DNA from: Actinomycetota bacterium
GTDB taxonomy: Bacteria > Actinomycetota > Thermoleophilia > UBA2241
NCBI GenBank assembly: GCA_012514235.1
Contig: JAAZAR010000008.1
Location: 4,593 to 68,592 of the forward strand
Length of the DNA: 64,000 nucleotides
Reading direction: 5' to 3'
Under the pieces are notes generated by a model. It made no database searches. It was not told the origin of the DNA and was given only the letters and a program-made list of their open reading frames with translations. The position numbers were made by a program, and so were the translations under genes. Positions 22,079 through 31,150 of this stretch are shown piece after piece. The number at the start of each line of letters is the position of its first letter. Within the stretch, counting starts at the first letter, position 1.

Positions 22079-24136
22079 ATGGGCGAGTACCGGGTCTACA
22101 GAGTCGGAGAGGCCGAGCCTGTCCGCATGGCGTACACTGCGCCGGTGCGGGACCGCACGCGCCGCCTTCGCTCGCGCCACGGCGTGAACCAGGCCGCGGC
22201 TGCGCCGCGGCGATGGTGGCTCTGGGGGCTCGTCGCCGCGGCCGTCGTGGTCGCGGCGTTCTTGTACTGGGCGTACGGGCGGGAGGCTGTCGGCAACTCC
22301 CGCGCCGCCCTCGAGATCCTCCGCAAGCTGGACAGGGTGCCGGACTGGGCGGTGCTGGGGGCGCCGATCGCGGTCGCCGCCGCCGTCGCGCTCGTCACCG
22401 CGTACCTCGCCTTCGGGCGGCGCCTCGCCGTGAAGCTGGCGGGCGTGGCCGTCGTGATCGTCGTCCTGGCCACGCCCGGCCTGGCGGTGGGCTACGCCAA
22501 CGGCCTGGTCAGCGACGTCGGCGACGGCAGCGACGGCCCCGTCACGACGGCCGACGAGCTGGCCGCCATAGCGGCCGCCGACGCGGAGATCGAGCGGCCG
22601 CTCCCGGACAAGCCGATGAACATCCTCCTCATCGGCTCCGACAAGTCGGACATCCCGGGCGACCCCGGCCGCTCGGACACGCAGATGCTCCTCCGGCTGG
22701 ACCCGGGGTCGAAGAGCATCTCCATGCTCTCGCTGCCCCGCGACCTCTACGTCGACATCCCCGGCTACGGCTACGACAAGATGAACTCCGCCTATTCCTA
22801 CGGCGGCCCCAAGCTCGTCATCCAGACCTTCAAGCAGATCACCGGGCTGCCGGTCAACGCCTGGGTCGAGACCGACTTCGCCGGCTTCTGGCACGTGGTC
22901 AACATCCTCGGCGGGGTCTATCTGCCCATCGACCACAAGTACTTCGTCCCGGCGAGCGCCAGCTACAAGTCGATCAACCTGGAGCCGGGCTACCAGCTGG
23001 TGCGCGGCAAGCAGGCGCTCAACTACGTGCGCTTCCGCCACGACGAGTTCTTCGACTTCGGCAGGATGCAGCGTCAGCAGCTGTTCCTGAGAGAGCTGCA
23101 GCGCCAGTCCAGCCGCTGGAGCGGCGACTGGGAGCGCGTCATCAAGCTCATCAAGGCGATCACGAGCGAGACCCGGTCCAACCTGAACTCGCTCGCCAAG
23201 ATAGCGCCGCTCGTGGAGCTGGCGTTCGAGGTCGACACGTCCAAGGTCTACCAGGCGCATGTCGAGGGAGAGACCGGGATGATCAACGGCGCCTCCATCG
23301 TGCAGGCCGCTCCCGAGCGGATCGCCGAGGCCGTGAGCCAGTTCACGCATCCCACGCAGGCGCCGGTGAAGACGCGCGCCAAGGTGGGCAAGAAGGCCTT
23401 CGTCGTGCACGTGTACAACGGCAGCGGCATCGACGGTCTGGCCACCAGCGCGGCGAGCCAGCTCGCTGCCCAGGGCTACCGGGCGCAGGCGGTGGCGGAC
23501 GCCTACGAGTTCCCGGACACGGTGACCGCGGTCTACGCCACGGAGGTCCTCAGGGCGCACGCGACCGCGATCGCGTCCATGATGGGCGCCTCGGAGGTAC
23601 GTATCGTCGATCGCGTCCCGGGCGGCAAGGACGGCATCAGCGTGTTCGTCGCCTCCTCGTTCAGCGGGATCCTGGACGTCCCCGAGGAGAAGGAGGTCCA
23701 GGAGCAGCAGACGTTGCTGAAGGACCAGAAGGTCGACTGGGCCACGTGGCAACAGACCGACGCCGACACGCCGCTCAAGCTGCAGGCGCCGACAGCCTGG
23801 CCGTCCGGCTCCGTCTACGACCAGTTCCGCACCTACACGGTCAAGACGACCAAGGGCAAGAACGTCGCCGCCGCGGTCGCGGTCGCCAGGACTCCGCAGT
23901 ACGGCTACTGGAGCATCCAGTCCATGCGCTGGCTTGACCCTCCCGCCATCGAGCACCCCAGCGGCAAGGAGAAGAGCGGACGGCGCACGTACCTGTTGTT
24001 CTACCAGGGCGTCCATCTGCGCATGGTCGCCTGGAAGGAGCACGGGACGCTGTACTGGGTGCTGAACACGTTGACCAACCAGCTCTCCAACGACGTCATG
24101 ATGGGGCTCGCGAAGTCCTGCAAGCTCGTGAAGTGA
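22079..24136 (+). CDS. LytR-CpsA-Psr (LCP) family cell-wall glycopolymer transferase with a LytR_C domain and an extra C-terminal domain
   Basis: An N-terminal TM region, then an LCP core (NILLIGSDKS..RSDTQMLLRLDP..LSLPRDLYVDIPG..KMNSAYSYGGP..), then a LytR_C-like segment (FVVHVYNGSGIDGLATSAASQL). Confidence 0.85.
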   Translation: MGEYRVYRVGEAEPVRMAYTAPVRDRTRRLRSRHGVNQAAAAPRRWWLWGLVAAAVVVAAFLYWAYGREAVGNSRAALEILRKLDRVPDWAVLGAPIAVAAAVALVTAYLAFGRRLAVKLAGVAVVIVVLATPGLAVGYANGLVSDVGDGSDGPVTTADELAAIAAADAEIERPLPDKPMNILLIGSDKSDIPGDPGRSDTQMLLRLDPGSKSISMLSLPRDLYVDIPGYGYDKMNSAYSYGGPKLVIQTFKQITGLPVNAWVETDFAGFWHVVNILGGVYLPIDHKYFVPASASYKSINLEPGYQLVRGKQALNYVRFRHDEFFDFGRMQRQQLFLRELQRQSSRWSGDWERVIKLIKAITSETRSNLNSLAKIAPLVELAFEVDTSKVYQAHVEGETGMINGASIVQAAPERIAEAVSQFTHPTQAPVKTRAKVGKKAFVVHVYNGSGIDGLATSAASQLAAQGYRAQAVADAYEFPDTVTAVYATEVLRAHATAIASMMGASEVRIVDRVPGGKDGISVFVASSFSGILDVPEEKEVQEQQTLLKDQKVDWATWQQTDADTPLKLQAPTAWPSGSVYDQFRTYTVKTTKGKNVAAAVAVARTPQYGYWSIQSMRWLDPPAIEHPSGKEKSGRRTYLLFYQGVHLRMVAWKEHGTLYWVLNTLTNQLSNDVMMGLAKSCKLVK

Positions 24137-25773
24137 GCTGGCTGCGCGCAGCTGCGCGGCGGCTGGACCCATGGGCCGCGCTCGTGCTCGGCGGCCTCCT
24201 CGCCATGGCGGTCGTCATCCTGCTCGCCACGCCCGGACCGTGGCAGAGGGTCGTCGGCGAGGAGGACCCTCCCGTACGGCTCGAGGCCCCGGCTCCGGAC
24301 GACGTCGCCCTGTTCGTCATGGGCGGGCGCGGCGGCGCGTGCTCCGGCATCGTCTGGCTGCACCTCGACACGGAGCGCCACGCGCTGACTGCCGTCGTCG
24401 TGGCGCCGCTCGTCTCCGGGTTCTCGCCTGACGACGGGTACGCGCCCGTGGCCGACATCGCGGACAGCGCGGGGCCGGGGGCCGCCGCGACGGCGCTCGG
24501 AGGCGCACTCGGCGTGAGCATGGACGCATGGGTCGCCCTGGACCGCCGCGCCTCCGACCTCGCCATCCAGGCGATGTTCCCGATGAGCGACCTGCGGCCT
24601 GCGCGCCCCGACTTTCCAGAGGCGCGCAGCGCCTGGCGCGGCAGGGGCGGGGAGGAGCGCGCCTGGATCACGCAGTTCGAGAGCCTGCGAGTCGCCCTCC
24701 CGCTGATGCCGTTCGAGAAGCTCGGGGTGGTCGCCTTCTCCAACTACGTCCTGGGGTTCGGTTTCGTGCGCAGCGACCTCACGCTCCAGGGCGCGACGTC
24801 GCTGGCGGAGGCCCTCAAGGAGACGGACCGGGCGATGGTGGAGGTGCGGGCGGCGCCGGTCGTCGTGGAGCGCTGCCGTGACGGGAGGGTGTGGCATGCG
24901 GACGCAAGCCGTGTCCAGCCGCTCATCCAGTCGCTCGCGCTCGGCATGGCGCCGCCGGAGACCCGCCGGCTGGTCTCCCGGAGAGAGCGTGCGGCACGCG
25001 TGCTGGTCGTGGCCCCCCTCGGCCGGTCCCAGGCCGCCCGCTACGCGGCGGAGGTGCGCCGGCAGCTGGCGGCCTCGGCCGGCGCCCCGGTCGAGGTGAC
25101 GCTCGTCTCCGGGACCGACGAACGGCTCGCGTTCCGCACGGCGCGCGAGCTCGACAGGCGGCCGGCGCTGGCCGTGCTGGTGGCGCCGGCCCGCCCCGGC
25201 GACCTGGACGGCATCGTCGTCGAGAAGGTGTGCGCCCTGCTGCGGCAGCGACGCCAGCAGGCGGTCGTCTCAAGCTCGCTGACGTCGCGCGGTAAGGACG
25301 CGGCGCTCTCCGCGGCGCTCGAGCAGGCGGTGGCTCGAGGCCGCCTGCCGGTCTCGCGCCTCCCCCGGCGTGAGGGGACCGTCTCCGGCCGGCGCGCCGA
25401 ACTGGCTGCTGCGGCGCGCGCCAACGTACAGACGCTGGTGCGCGCCTGCTGGCCCGGGACGCTGGCGCCCGACCTCGCGTCGACGCGCCTGGGCTTCTCC
25501 TTCGTCGCGGCGCGGCATACGGCGGCCGGAATCGTCAGCGCGTCCGAGGAGACGGGGGAGGCCCTGTCCCGCCGGCTGCGGGTGTGGGGGTTCGTGGCCG
25601 CTCCCCTGCCTGAGGCAGACGCGGGGTCGGTCCCCGACGTGCCCGCCGTGGCCTACCGTCCCGGCTCGCGCACGGCGGCCGAGGCCCTGTCGGCCGACCT
25701 TGGGATGCCGGAAGGAAGTGTCGTCAGAGTGGACGACGTCCCCCGCAAGCTCGTGCTCGTCGTCGGCCGCTGA
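24133..25773 (+). CDS. Membrane-anchored degenerate LCP-like protein with LytR_C-like C-terminal segments
   Basis: GTGA overlap with the upstream LCP gene. It has an N-terminal TM helix. The segment ALFVMGGRGGACSGIVWLHLDTERHALTAVVVAPLV aligns by eye to the LCP core, but the conserved Arg/Asp positions (RSD, PRD) are replaced. Confidence 0.55.
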   Translation: MSWLRAAARRLDPWAALVLGGLLAMAVVILLATPGPWQRVVGEEDPPVRLEAPAPDDVALFVMGGRGGACSGIVWLHLDTERHALTAVVVAPLVSGFSPDDGYAPVADIADSAGPGAAATALGGALGVSMDAWVALDRRASDLAIQAMFPMSDLRPARPDFPEARSAWRGRGGEERAWITQFESLRVALPLMPFEKLGVVAFSNYVLGFGFVRSDLTLQGATSLAEALKETDRAMVEVRAAPVVVERCRDGRVWHADASRVQPLIQSLALGMAPPETRRLVSRRERAARVLVVAPLGRSQAARYAAEVRRQLAASAGAPVEVTLVSGTDERLAFRTARELDRRPALAVLVAPARPGDLDGIVVEKVCALLRQRRQQAVVSSSLTSRGKDAALSAALEQAVARGRLPVSRLPRREGTVSGRRAELAAAARANVQTLVRACWPGTLAPDLASTRLGFSFVAARHTAAGIVSASEETGEALSRRLRVWGFVAAPLPEADAGSVPDVPAVAYRPGSRTAAEALSADLGMPEGSVVRVDDVPRKLVLVVGR

Positions 25774-25808
25774 CGTCGTGCAGGGAGCGGCGGCGCCCCT
25801 CGTACGCG

Positions 25809-25846
25809 CGAACGGCGCCCCCTTCTTCGGAAGGGGGCGCCGTTCG
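25809..25846. terminator. Bidirectional intrinsic-terminator-like hairpin between convergent genes
   Basis: A perfect 17-bp stem (CGAACGGCGCCCCCTTC / GAAGGGGGCGCCGTTCG) closed by a UUCG tetraloop. Confidence 0.7.
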
Positions 25847-25869
25847 CATGGACCTCCGTCCGCCGGCCG

Positions 25870-26238
25870 TCAGGCGCGGCTGCGACGCAGGAGTGCGCCG
25901 CCACCGATGAGCGTGACACCGGCAGCGAGCATCAGGACCATCTCACCTCCGGTGAACGCGAGCTCGCCGCTCTGCTCACCGGGTGCCTGCATGCTCGCCA
26001 GATAGTCTTCGAGGACCCCTTCGAGGTCAGAATACTGCTGGTAGATCGGGTTGTCCCGGATGTATGCCAGCGCGGCACGGATCTCCGCGGCCGTCCAGTC
26101 GCCGTCGATGGTGCCGTCCATTGCGTCCTCGATGATCGCGTCGATCACGGACTGGGGGACGGCCGCCTGAGCCACGACGGCGAACGCCAGGACGAGCAGG
26201 AGTGCGATCGCGATGGCGCTCACGAGCTTGACCCTCAT
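25870..26238 (-). CDS. Small secreted protein with a C-terminal LAxTG (LAFTG) sortase sorting signal
   Basis: A signal peptide (MRVKLVSAIAIALLLVLAFAVVAQA), a ~65-aa acidic domain, then LAFTG plus a hydrophobic helix plus an RRSRA tail. A G-rich RBS precedes the ATG at 26238. Confidence 0.65.
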   Translation of the reverse strand: MRVKLVSAIAIALLLVLAFAVVAQAAVPQSVIDAIIEDAMDGTIDGDWTAAEIRAALAYIRDNPIYQQYSDLEGVLEDYLASMQAPGEQSGELAFTGGEMVLMLAAGVTLIGGGALLRRSRA

Positions 26239-26380
26239 GTCTTCACCCCCCCTCAGGACCTTTGCCCCGGCAAAATGCCCGTTCTTCACTTCTACCATTC
26301 GTCCGCGTAGATGACCATACCCGATTCACAGGAGGTCTGGTCATCATGGTGTCCTGCGGGTGCTGCGCACCGAACGTATA

Positions 26381-28570
26381 ATGCCGTCGATGGAGCTCCC
26401 AGTACAGACCGTCCGGGGCGCGGGAACGCCGCTCTGCAGGGCTCGCAACACCGTCCCCTACGGGCTCGCCCTGGCGGCCGTCGCGGCGTTCTCGTTCCTC
26501 TCAGGCGGCTACGTGATCGGCCGCAGCACGCCCGTGGTCGTGGCGTTCCTCGGGGCCGCCGCGGTCTGGGTCTGGTTCCTTCGCCGGAGCTCGCCGCCCT
26601 CGGCCCTGTTCATCGCCGCGCTCGCCGCCTTCGGCTCTTTCGTCGCCTGGTCGGGGCTGTCCGTGCTCTGGTCGTTCGGTCCGGACCTCACCTGGGTCTC
26701 GTTCAACCTCGCCGCCTTCTACCTGGCGGTGGCCGCGGTGCTCGGCCTCACGTCGGCCCGCGGCCTGCAGCTCTGGACGGTCGCCTACGGCTACCTCGCC
26801 ATCGCGACCGCCATCGGCGTGTACGCCTTCCTCGGCAAGGCCCTGCCGGCGGTGGTGACGCACGCCCACGCGAACGCCCGCCTCGACAGCCCCGTCGGCT
26901 ACTGGAACGTCCTGGCGGTCATGATGGTGATGGGCCTGTGCGTCGCTCTGTCGCTGGCCGGGGATCGGAGCACGCCCGTCGCGCTCAGGACGGTGGCCGC
27001 CGCCGCAGCCGTGCCCATGTGCCTCGCGTTCTTCTTCACGTTCTCCCGCGGCGGGTGGCTCGCCCTGGGCGTGGCGCTCGTCCTGTACTTCGCGTTCACC
27101 ACGACGCGACTCGGGAGCTTCGTCTCTCTCGTCGGCATCGTGACGCCGGTGGCGCTCGTGCTCTGGCGACTGCGCGACCTCGAGACCCTGTTCGCGGCCA
27201 CCTCGGACGATGCGCTGCGGGCGCTCGAGGGCGGCGAGCTCCTGCGGTGGTCGCTCGCCGCCCTTCTCGTCACCGCCGGCGTGCAGCTGGCCGCGGCGCT
27301 GCTCCAGCGCGGCGTCCCCTGGCCGCGCTGGTCCACGATCGCCGCCGGGGCCGCGGTCCTCGCGGTCGTCCTCCTCGTCGTGGTGGGCGGGTCGGCCCGG
27401 TACGTGCAGGCACACGGGGGCGTGAGCTGGATCGAGGACCGGGCGCACGAGCTGTTCACCGATGCGGGGAAGGAGGAGGGCAGAGGCAACGAGGCGGGAC
27501 GCTTGCTCGTGCTCACCACCAACGGCCGCGTCCCCCTGTGGAAGGAGGCGCTCAGCCAGTCCCGTTCGCTGCGCCTCACGGGGTCAGGCGCCGGCACCTT
27601 CCCGTTCACGCACTACCGTTTCCGGGACGGCGGTGGAGTGGTCAAGCATGCGCACGGCCAGTGGTTCAACGTGCTCAGCGAGACCGGGGTCGTGGGCGTC
27701 GTGCTGTTCTCGGTCGCCGTGGTGCTGTTCGTCGTCGCCATGGTCGGCAACCCGTTCTCGCACCGGTGCGACCCCCTGCACCCGATGCTGGTGGCGCTCC
27801 AGGCCGGGGTCATCGCGTTCCTCGTGCACATGTCCTGGGACTGGGACTGGGACATGGCGGCGGTCGGGGCCACGGCGTTCGTGTTCATCGCGGTGTGCGT
27901 CTCGTATCGGGCGACGCGCCGCACCCTGGAGCGGCGAGCGGCGCGCGAGCTCGGGGGGGAGGCTGCGCCCGCCCGCGCGGAGGAGCCCCCCTCCGGAGCG
28001 GCGCAGGGTCGGCCGTCGGGCGCTGCGGCTGAAGCAGGGACCCCGCCGCTGGGCGACGCCGGTGGCGCCGCGGAAGGCGCCGCGCGACCGGCGGGCGAGC
28101 CGGCCTCGGCGGCACGCCGGGGGCGCGGCTCGCGCCGCTGGGGCAGCGCCGGCTGGGCGCCCCGCGTGCTGGCCAGCGCCGCCCTGCTGGTGCTCGCGGC
28201 CAGCTGGCTGCCGCCGTACCTCGCCCAGCGGGCGGAGACGGCGGCCCTCACCGCGGCCAGCGAGGGCGACGTGGCGGCCGCCCTCGACCAGGCTCGCCGG
28301 GCGGCCGCGGTGAATCCGCTCGCCGTGAGTCCTCTGCTCACCGAGGCCGGACTGCTGCAGCAGCTGGGACGCAACCGCGAGGCAGCCGAGCGGCTGCGGG
28401 AGGCGACCAGGCTGCAGCCGCAGAACTACGAGGTCTGGTACAAGCTCGGGCTCCTCGAGCATGCCGCGTTCGGACGCGACAAGGCGGCGCGCGCCGCCTT
28501 CTCGCGCGCCCTCGCCCTCAACCCGAAGGACGCCGCCAGCCGGCACGAGCTCGAGCGGCTGGCGCGCTGA
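26381..28570 (+). CDS. O-antigen ligase (Wzy_C)-like polytopic membrane protein fused to C-terminal TPR repeats
   Basis: About 10-12 TM helices with a Wzy_C-like loop (GSGAGTFPFTHYRF..HAHGQWFNVLSETGVVG), an Ala/Gly/Pro-rich linker, one further TM helix, and TPR-like repeats (QPQNYEVWYKLGLLE..ALALNPKD). Alternative starts are the GTG at 26360 and the ATG at 26390. Confidence 0.75.
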   Translation: MPSMELPVQTVRGAGTPLCRARNTVPYGLALAAVAAFSFLSGGYVIGRSTPVVVAFLGAAAVWVWFLRRSSPPSALFIAALAAFGSFVAWSGLSVLWSFGPDLTWVSFNLAAFYLAVAAVLGLTSARGLQLWTVAYGYLAIATAIGVYAFLGKALPAVVTHAHANARLDSPVGYWNVLAVMMVMGLCVALSLAGDRSTPVALRTVAAAAAVPMCLAFFFTFSRGGWLALGVALVLYFAFTTTRLGSFVSLVGIVTPVALVLWRLRDLETLFAATSDDALRALEGGELLRWSLAALLVTAGVQLAAALLQRGVPWPRWSTIAAGAAVLAVVLLVVVGGSARYVQAHGGVSWIEDRAHELFTDAGKEEGRGNEAGRLLVLTTNGRVPLWKEALSQSRSLRLTGSGAGTFPFTHYRFRDGGGVVKHAHGQWFNVLSETGVVGVVLFSVAVVLFVVAMVGNPFSHRCDPLHPMLVALQAGVIAFLVHMSWDWDWDMAAVGATAFVFIAVCVSYRATRRTLERRAARELGGEAAPARAEEPPSGAAQGRPSGAAAEAGTPPLGDAGGAAEGAARPAGEPASAARRGRGSRRWGSAGWAPRVLASAALLVLAASWLPPYLAQRAETAALTAASEGDVAAALDQARRAAAVNPLAVSPLLTEAGLLQQLGRNREAAERLREATRLQPQNYEVWYKLGLLEHAAFGRDKAARAAFSRALALNPKDAASRHELERLAR

Positions 28571-28671
28571 GGCTGCCGGCGACGGCGGCACGTTCGGCTC
28601 AGACCCTCGCGTGGTAGACTTCCGCCCGTAGAAGGGGCTCTCTTTCACCTGCACTGGAGGTTCAGTTCCGC

Positions 28672-29985
28672 ATGGATGCCGCTCCCATCGGGGTCGTCGG
28701 TACCGGGTACGTCGGCCTCGTCTCGGCCGTCTGCTTCGCCCATCTCGGTCACGACGTCGTATGCATGGACGTCGACGAGGGCAAGATCGCGAAGCTCGAG
28801 CGCGGGGAGGTCCCCATCTACGAGCCGGGCCTCGAGAAGCTCATGGCGGACAACGCGGCTCGCCTCTCTTACACGACGTCGTACGACGCGCTCCTCGAGC
28901 ACTGCCGCATCCTCTTCATCGCCGTCGACACGCCGCCGTCGCCGTCGGGCGATGCCGACCTTTCGCGCGTGCAGCACGCCGTGCGTGAGATCGCCGAGCG
29001 CGGCGGGCAGCGGCTGCTCGTCATGAAGAGCACGGTCCCCGTCGGCACGGGCGAGAAGGTCATGGCCGACCTCGAGGCGCTGGGCGTCACCGGCATCACG
29101 TACGCGTCCAACCCCGAGTTCCTGCGGGAGGGGGCCGCCATCCAGGACTTCCTCGAGCCGGACCGCATCGTCGTCGGGTGCTTCCGGGACGAGGACGGCG
29201 CCGCGGTCGAGGCGCTCTACCGCGGCATCGACACCGAGGTCGTGCGGACGAGCGTCCCCACCGCCGAGATGGTCAAGTATGCGAGCAACGCGTTCCTGGC
29301 CACCAAGATCTCCTTCATCAACGAGATCGCCAACGTGTGTGAGCAGGTCGGCGCCGACGTCCGCACCGTGGCGAGAGGCATGGGTCTGGACCATCGCATC
29401 GGACCCCATTTCCTGCAGGCCGGTATCGGCTACGGCGGGTCGTGCTTCCCCAAGGACGTCCAGGCACTGAAACAGCTGGCGGGCAACACGGGCTACCACT
29501 TCCAGCTGCTCAACGCCGTGATCGAGGTCAACGCGCTCCAGAAGCGGCGCGTGGTCGGCAAGCTCAAGGAGCGTCTCGGTACCCTGCGCGGCACCACCGT
29601 CGCGCTGCTCGGACTCACCTTCAAGCCCAACACCGACGATCTGCGCGAGGCGGCCTCCATCGTGCTGGCGGGCCGCCTCATCCACGAGGGCGCCAAGGTC
29701 ACCGCCTACGATCCGATGCTCGACGCCGGCGACCATCCCCTGTTCCCCGGCGTCGTCATCTGCGAGGAGCCCTTCGAGGCGCTGGCGGGGGCCGACGCCG
29801 CAGTACTCGTCACCGAGTGGTCGGAGTTCGGCCGCCTGGACTGGGCCGCGGCGACCTCCGTCATGACCCGTCCGCTGCTCATCGACGGGCGCAACTTCAT
29901 CGACCCTGCGGCCGCCGCCGAGGCCGGCCTCGAGTACGAGGGTATCGGCCTGGGCGGAGAGCTGCGCGCGCCCATCGTCCGCTGA
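28672..29985 (+). CDS. ugd: UDP-glucose 6-dehydrogenase
   Basis: Motifs GVVGTGYVGLVSAVCFA, the catalytic Cys in GIGYGGSCFPKD, and GLTFKPNTDD. Confidence 0.92.
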   Translation: MDAAPIGVVGTGYVGLVSAVCFAHLGHDVVCMDVDEGKIAKLERGEVPIYEPGLEKLMADNAARLSYTTSYDALLEHCRILFIAVDTPPSPSGDADLSRVQHAVREIAERGGQRLLVMKSTVPVGTGEKVMADLEALGVTGITYASNPEFLREGAAIQDFLEPDRIVVGCFRDEDGAAVEALYRGIDTEVVRTSVPTAEMVKYASNAFLATKISFINEIANVCEQVGADVRTVARGMGLDHRIGPHFLQAGIGYGGSCFPKDVQALKQLAGNTGYHFQLLNAVIEVNALQKRRVVGKLKERLGTLRGTTVALLGLTFKPNTDDLREAASIVLAGRLIHEGAKVTAYDPMLDAGDHPLFPGVVICEEPFEALAGADAAVLVTEWSEFGRLDWAAATSVMTRPLLIDGRNFIDPAAAAEAGLEYEGIGLGGELRAPIVR

Positions 29986-29992
29986 GCCGGGC

Positions 29993-31150
29993 ATGAGCGC
30001 GCGAGGCATCCCCAGGCAGGCCGTCATCCTCGTCGGCGGTGAGGGCACCCGCCTGCGTCCGGTCACGTCTCGCGTCCCCAAGCCGGTCGCTCCCGTGGTC
30101 GAGCGCCCGTTCGTCGCCTACATCCTCGACAACCTCTCCCGCCACGGAGTGGAGCGCGCGATCTTCTCCACCGGCTTCCTCGCCGAGGCCATCGAGGCGG
30201 TGATCGGCGACGGCTCCGCGTACGGTCTCGAGGTGGCCTACGCCGTCGAGGACGAGCCGCTCGGCACGGCCGGGGCGATCGCCAACTGCGACCGGCTGCT
30301 CGACGAGGACAGCTTCTACGTCTTCAACGGCGACGTCCTCAGCGACGTCGACCTGAGCGCTCTCGCCGCGACGCACCTGGAGAAGGGCGGCATGGGCACC
30401 ATCTTCCTGACCCCGGTGGAGGACCCCCGTCGCTACGGGTTGGTGGAGCTGCGGGAGGACGCATCTGTGGCGAGCTTCCTCGAGAAGCCCGGAGAGTGGG
30501 AGGGCACTGCGCTGATCAACGCCGGGGTGTACGTGCTCGAGCCGGAGGTACTCGAGATGATCCCGCGCGGCCGGCTGTTCTCCATCGAGCGCGGGGTGTT
30601 CCCCAAGCTCGCGTCGGCCGGCTCCCTGTACGGGTACGTCGACCACGGCTACTGGCGCGACATCGGGACGCCGGACAGCTACCTGCAGGCGCACTTCGAC
30701 ATCCTCGAGCGCCAGGTGAAGACGGCGGCCGCCGACGAGCTCGGCGACACGTACCTGTACGTCTCGCCGGACGCCGAGGTCGCGCCGGGTGCGCGCATCG
30801 TCCCGCCGTGTTACGTCGGATCCGGCGCGCGGATCCACGCCGGCGCCCGTATCGGGCCGCTCGCCGTGATCGGCGCCGGCGCCGTGGTCGCCGAGGGCGC
30901 CACCGTGACCGAGGCGGTGGTGCAGGCCGGGGTCGTCATCGGCGCCCACGCCCAGGTCGAGGGCAGCATCCTGGTCCAGGGAGCCAGCGTCGGCTCCGGG
31001 TCGCAGCTGAACAGCGCCGTCCTCGGCGAGGGATGCGTGGTCGGCGCCGGCAACCGGCTGGCCGGCGGCATCTGCGTGTACCCGGAGACCGAACTGCCCG
31101 ACAACTCCATCCAGTTCTACGAACAGCTGCGTGGCAGGGAGGGCTCATGA
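29993..31150 (+). CDS. Sugar-1-phosphate nucleotidyltransferase (mannose-1-P guanylyltransferase-like) with a C-terminal left-handed beta-helix
   Basis: Motifs VILVGGEGTRLRPVTSRVPKP and GYWRDIGTP, followed by hexapeptide repeats. 385 aa. Confidence 0.8.
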   Translation: MSARGIPRQAVILVGGEGTRLRPVTSRVPKPVAPVVERPFVAYILDNLSRHGVERAIFSTGFLAEAIEAVIGDGSAYGLEVAYAVEDEPLGTAGAIANCDRLLDEDSFYVFNGDVLSDVDLSALAATHLEKGGMGTIFLTPVEDPRRYGLVELREDASVASFLEKPGEWEGTALINAGVYVLEPEVLEMIPRGRLFSIERGVFPKLASAGSLYGYVDHGYWRDIGTPDSYLQAHFDILERQVKTAAADELGDTYLYVSPDAEVAPGARIVPPCYVGSGARIHAGARIGPLAVIGAGAVVAEGATVTEAVVQAGVVIGAHAQVEGSILVQGASVGSGSQLNSAVLGEGCVVGAGNRLAGGICVYPETELPDNSIQFYEQLRGREGS

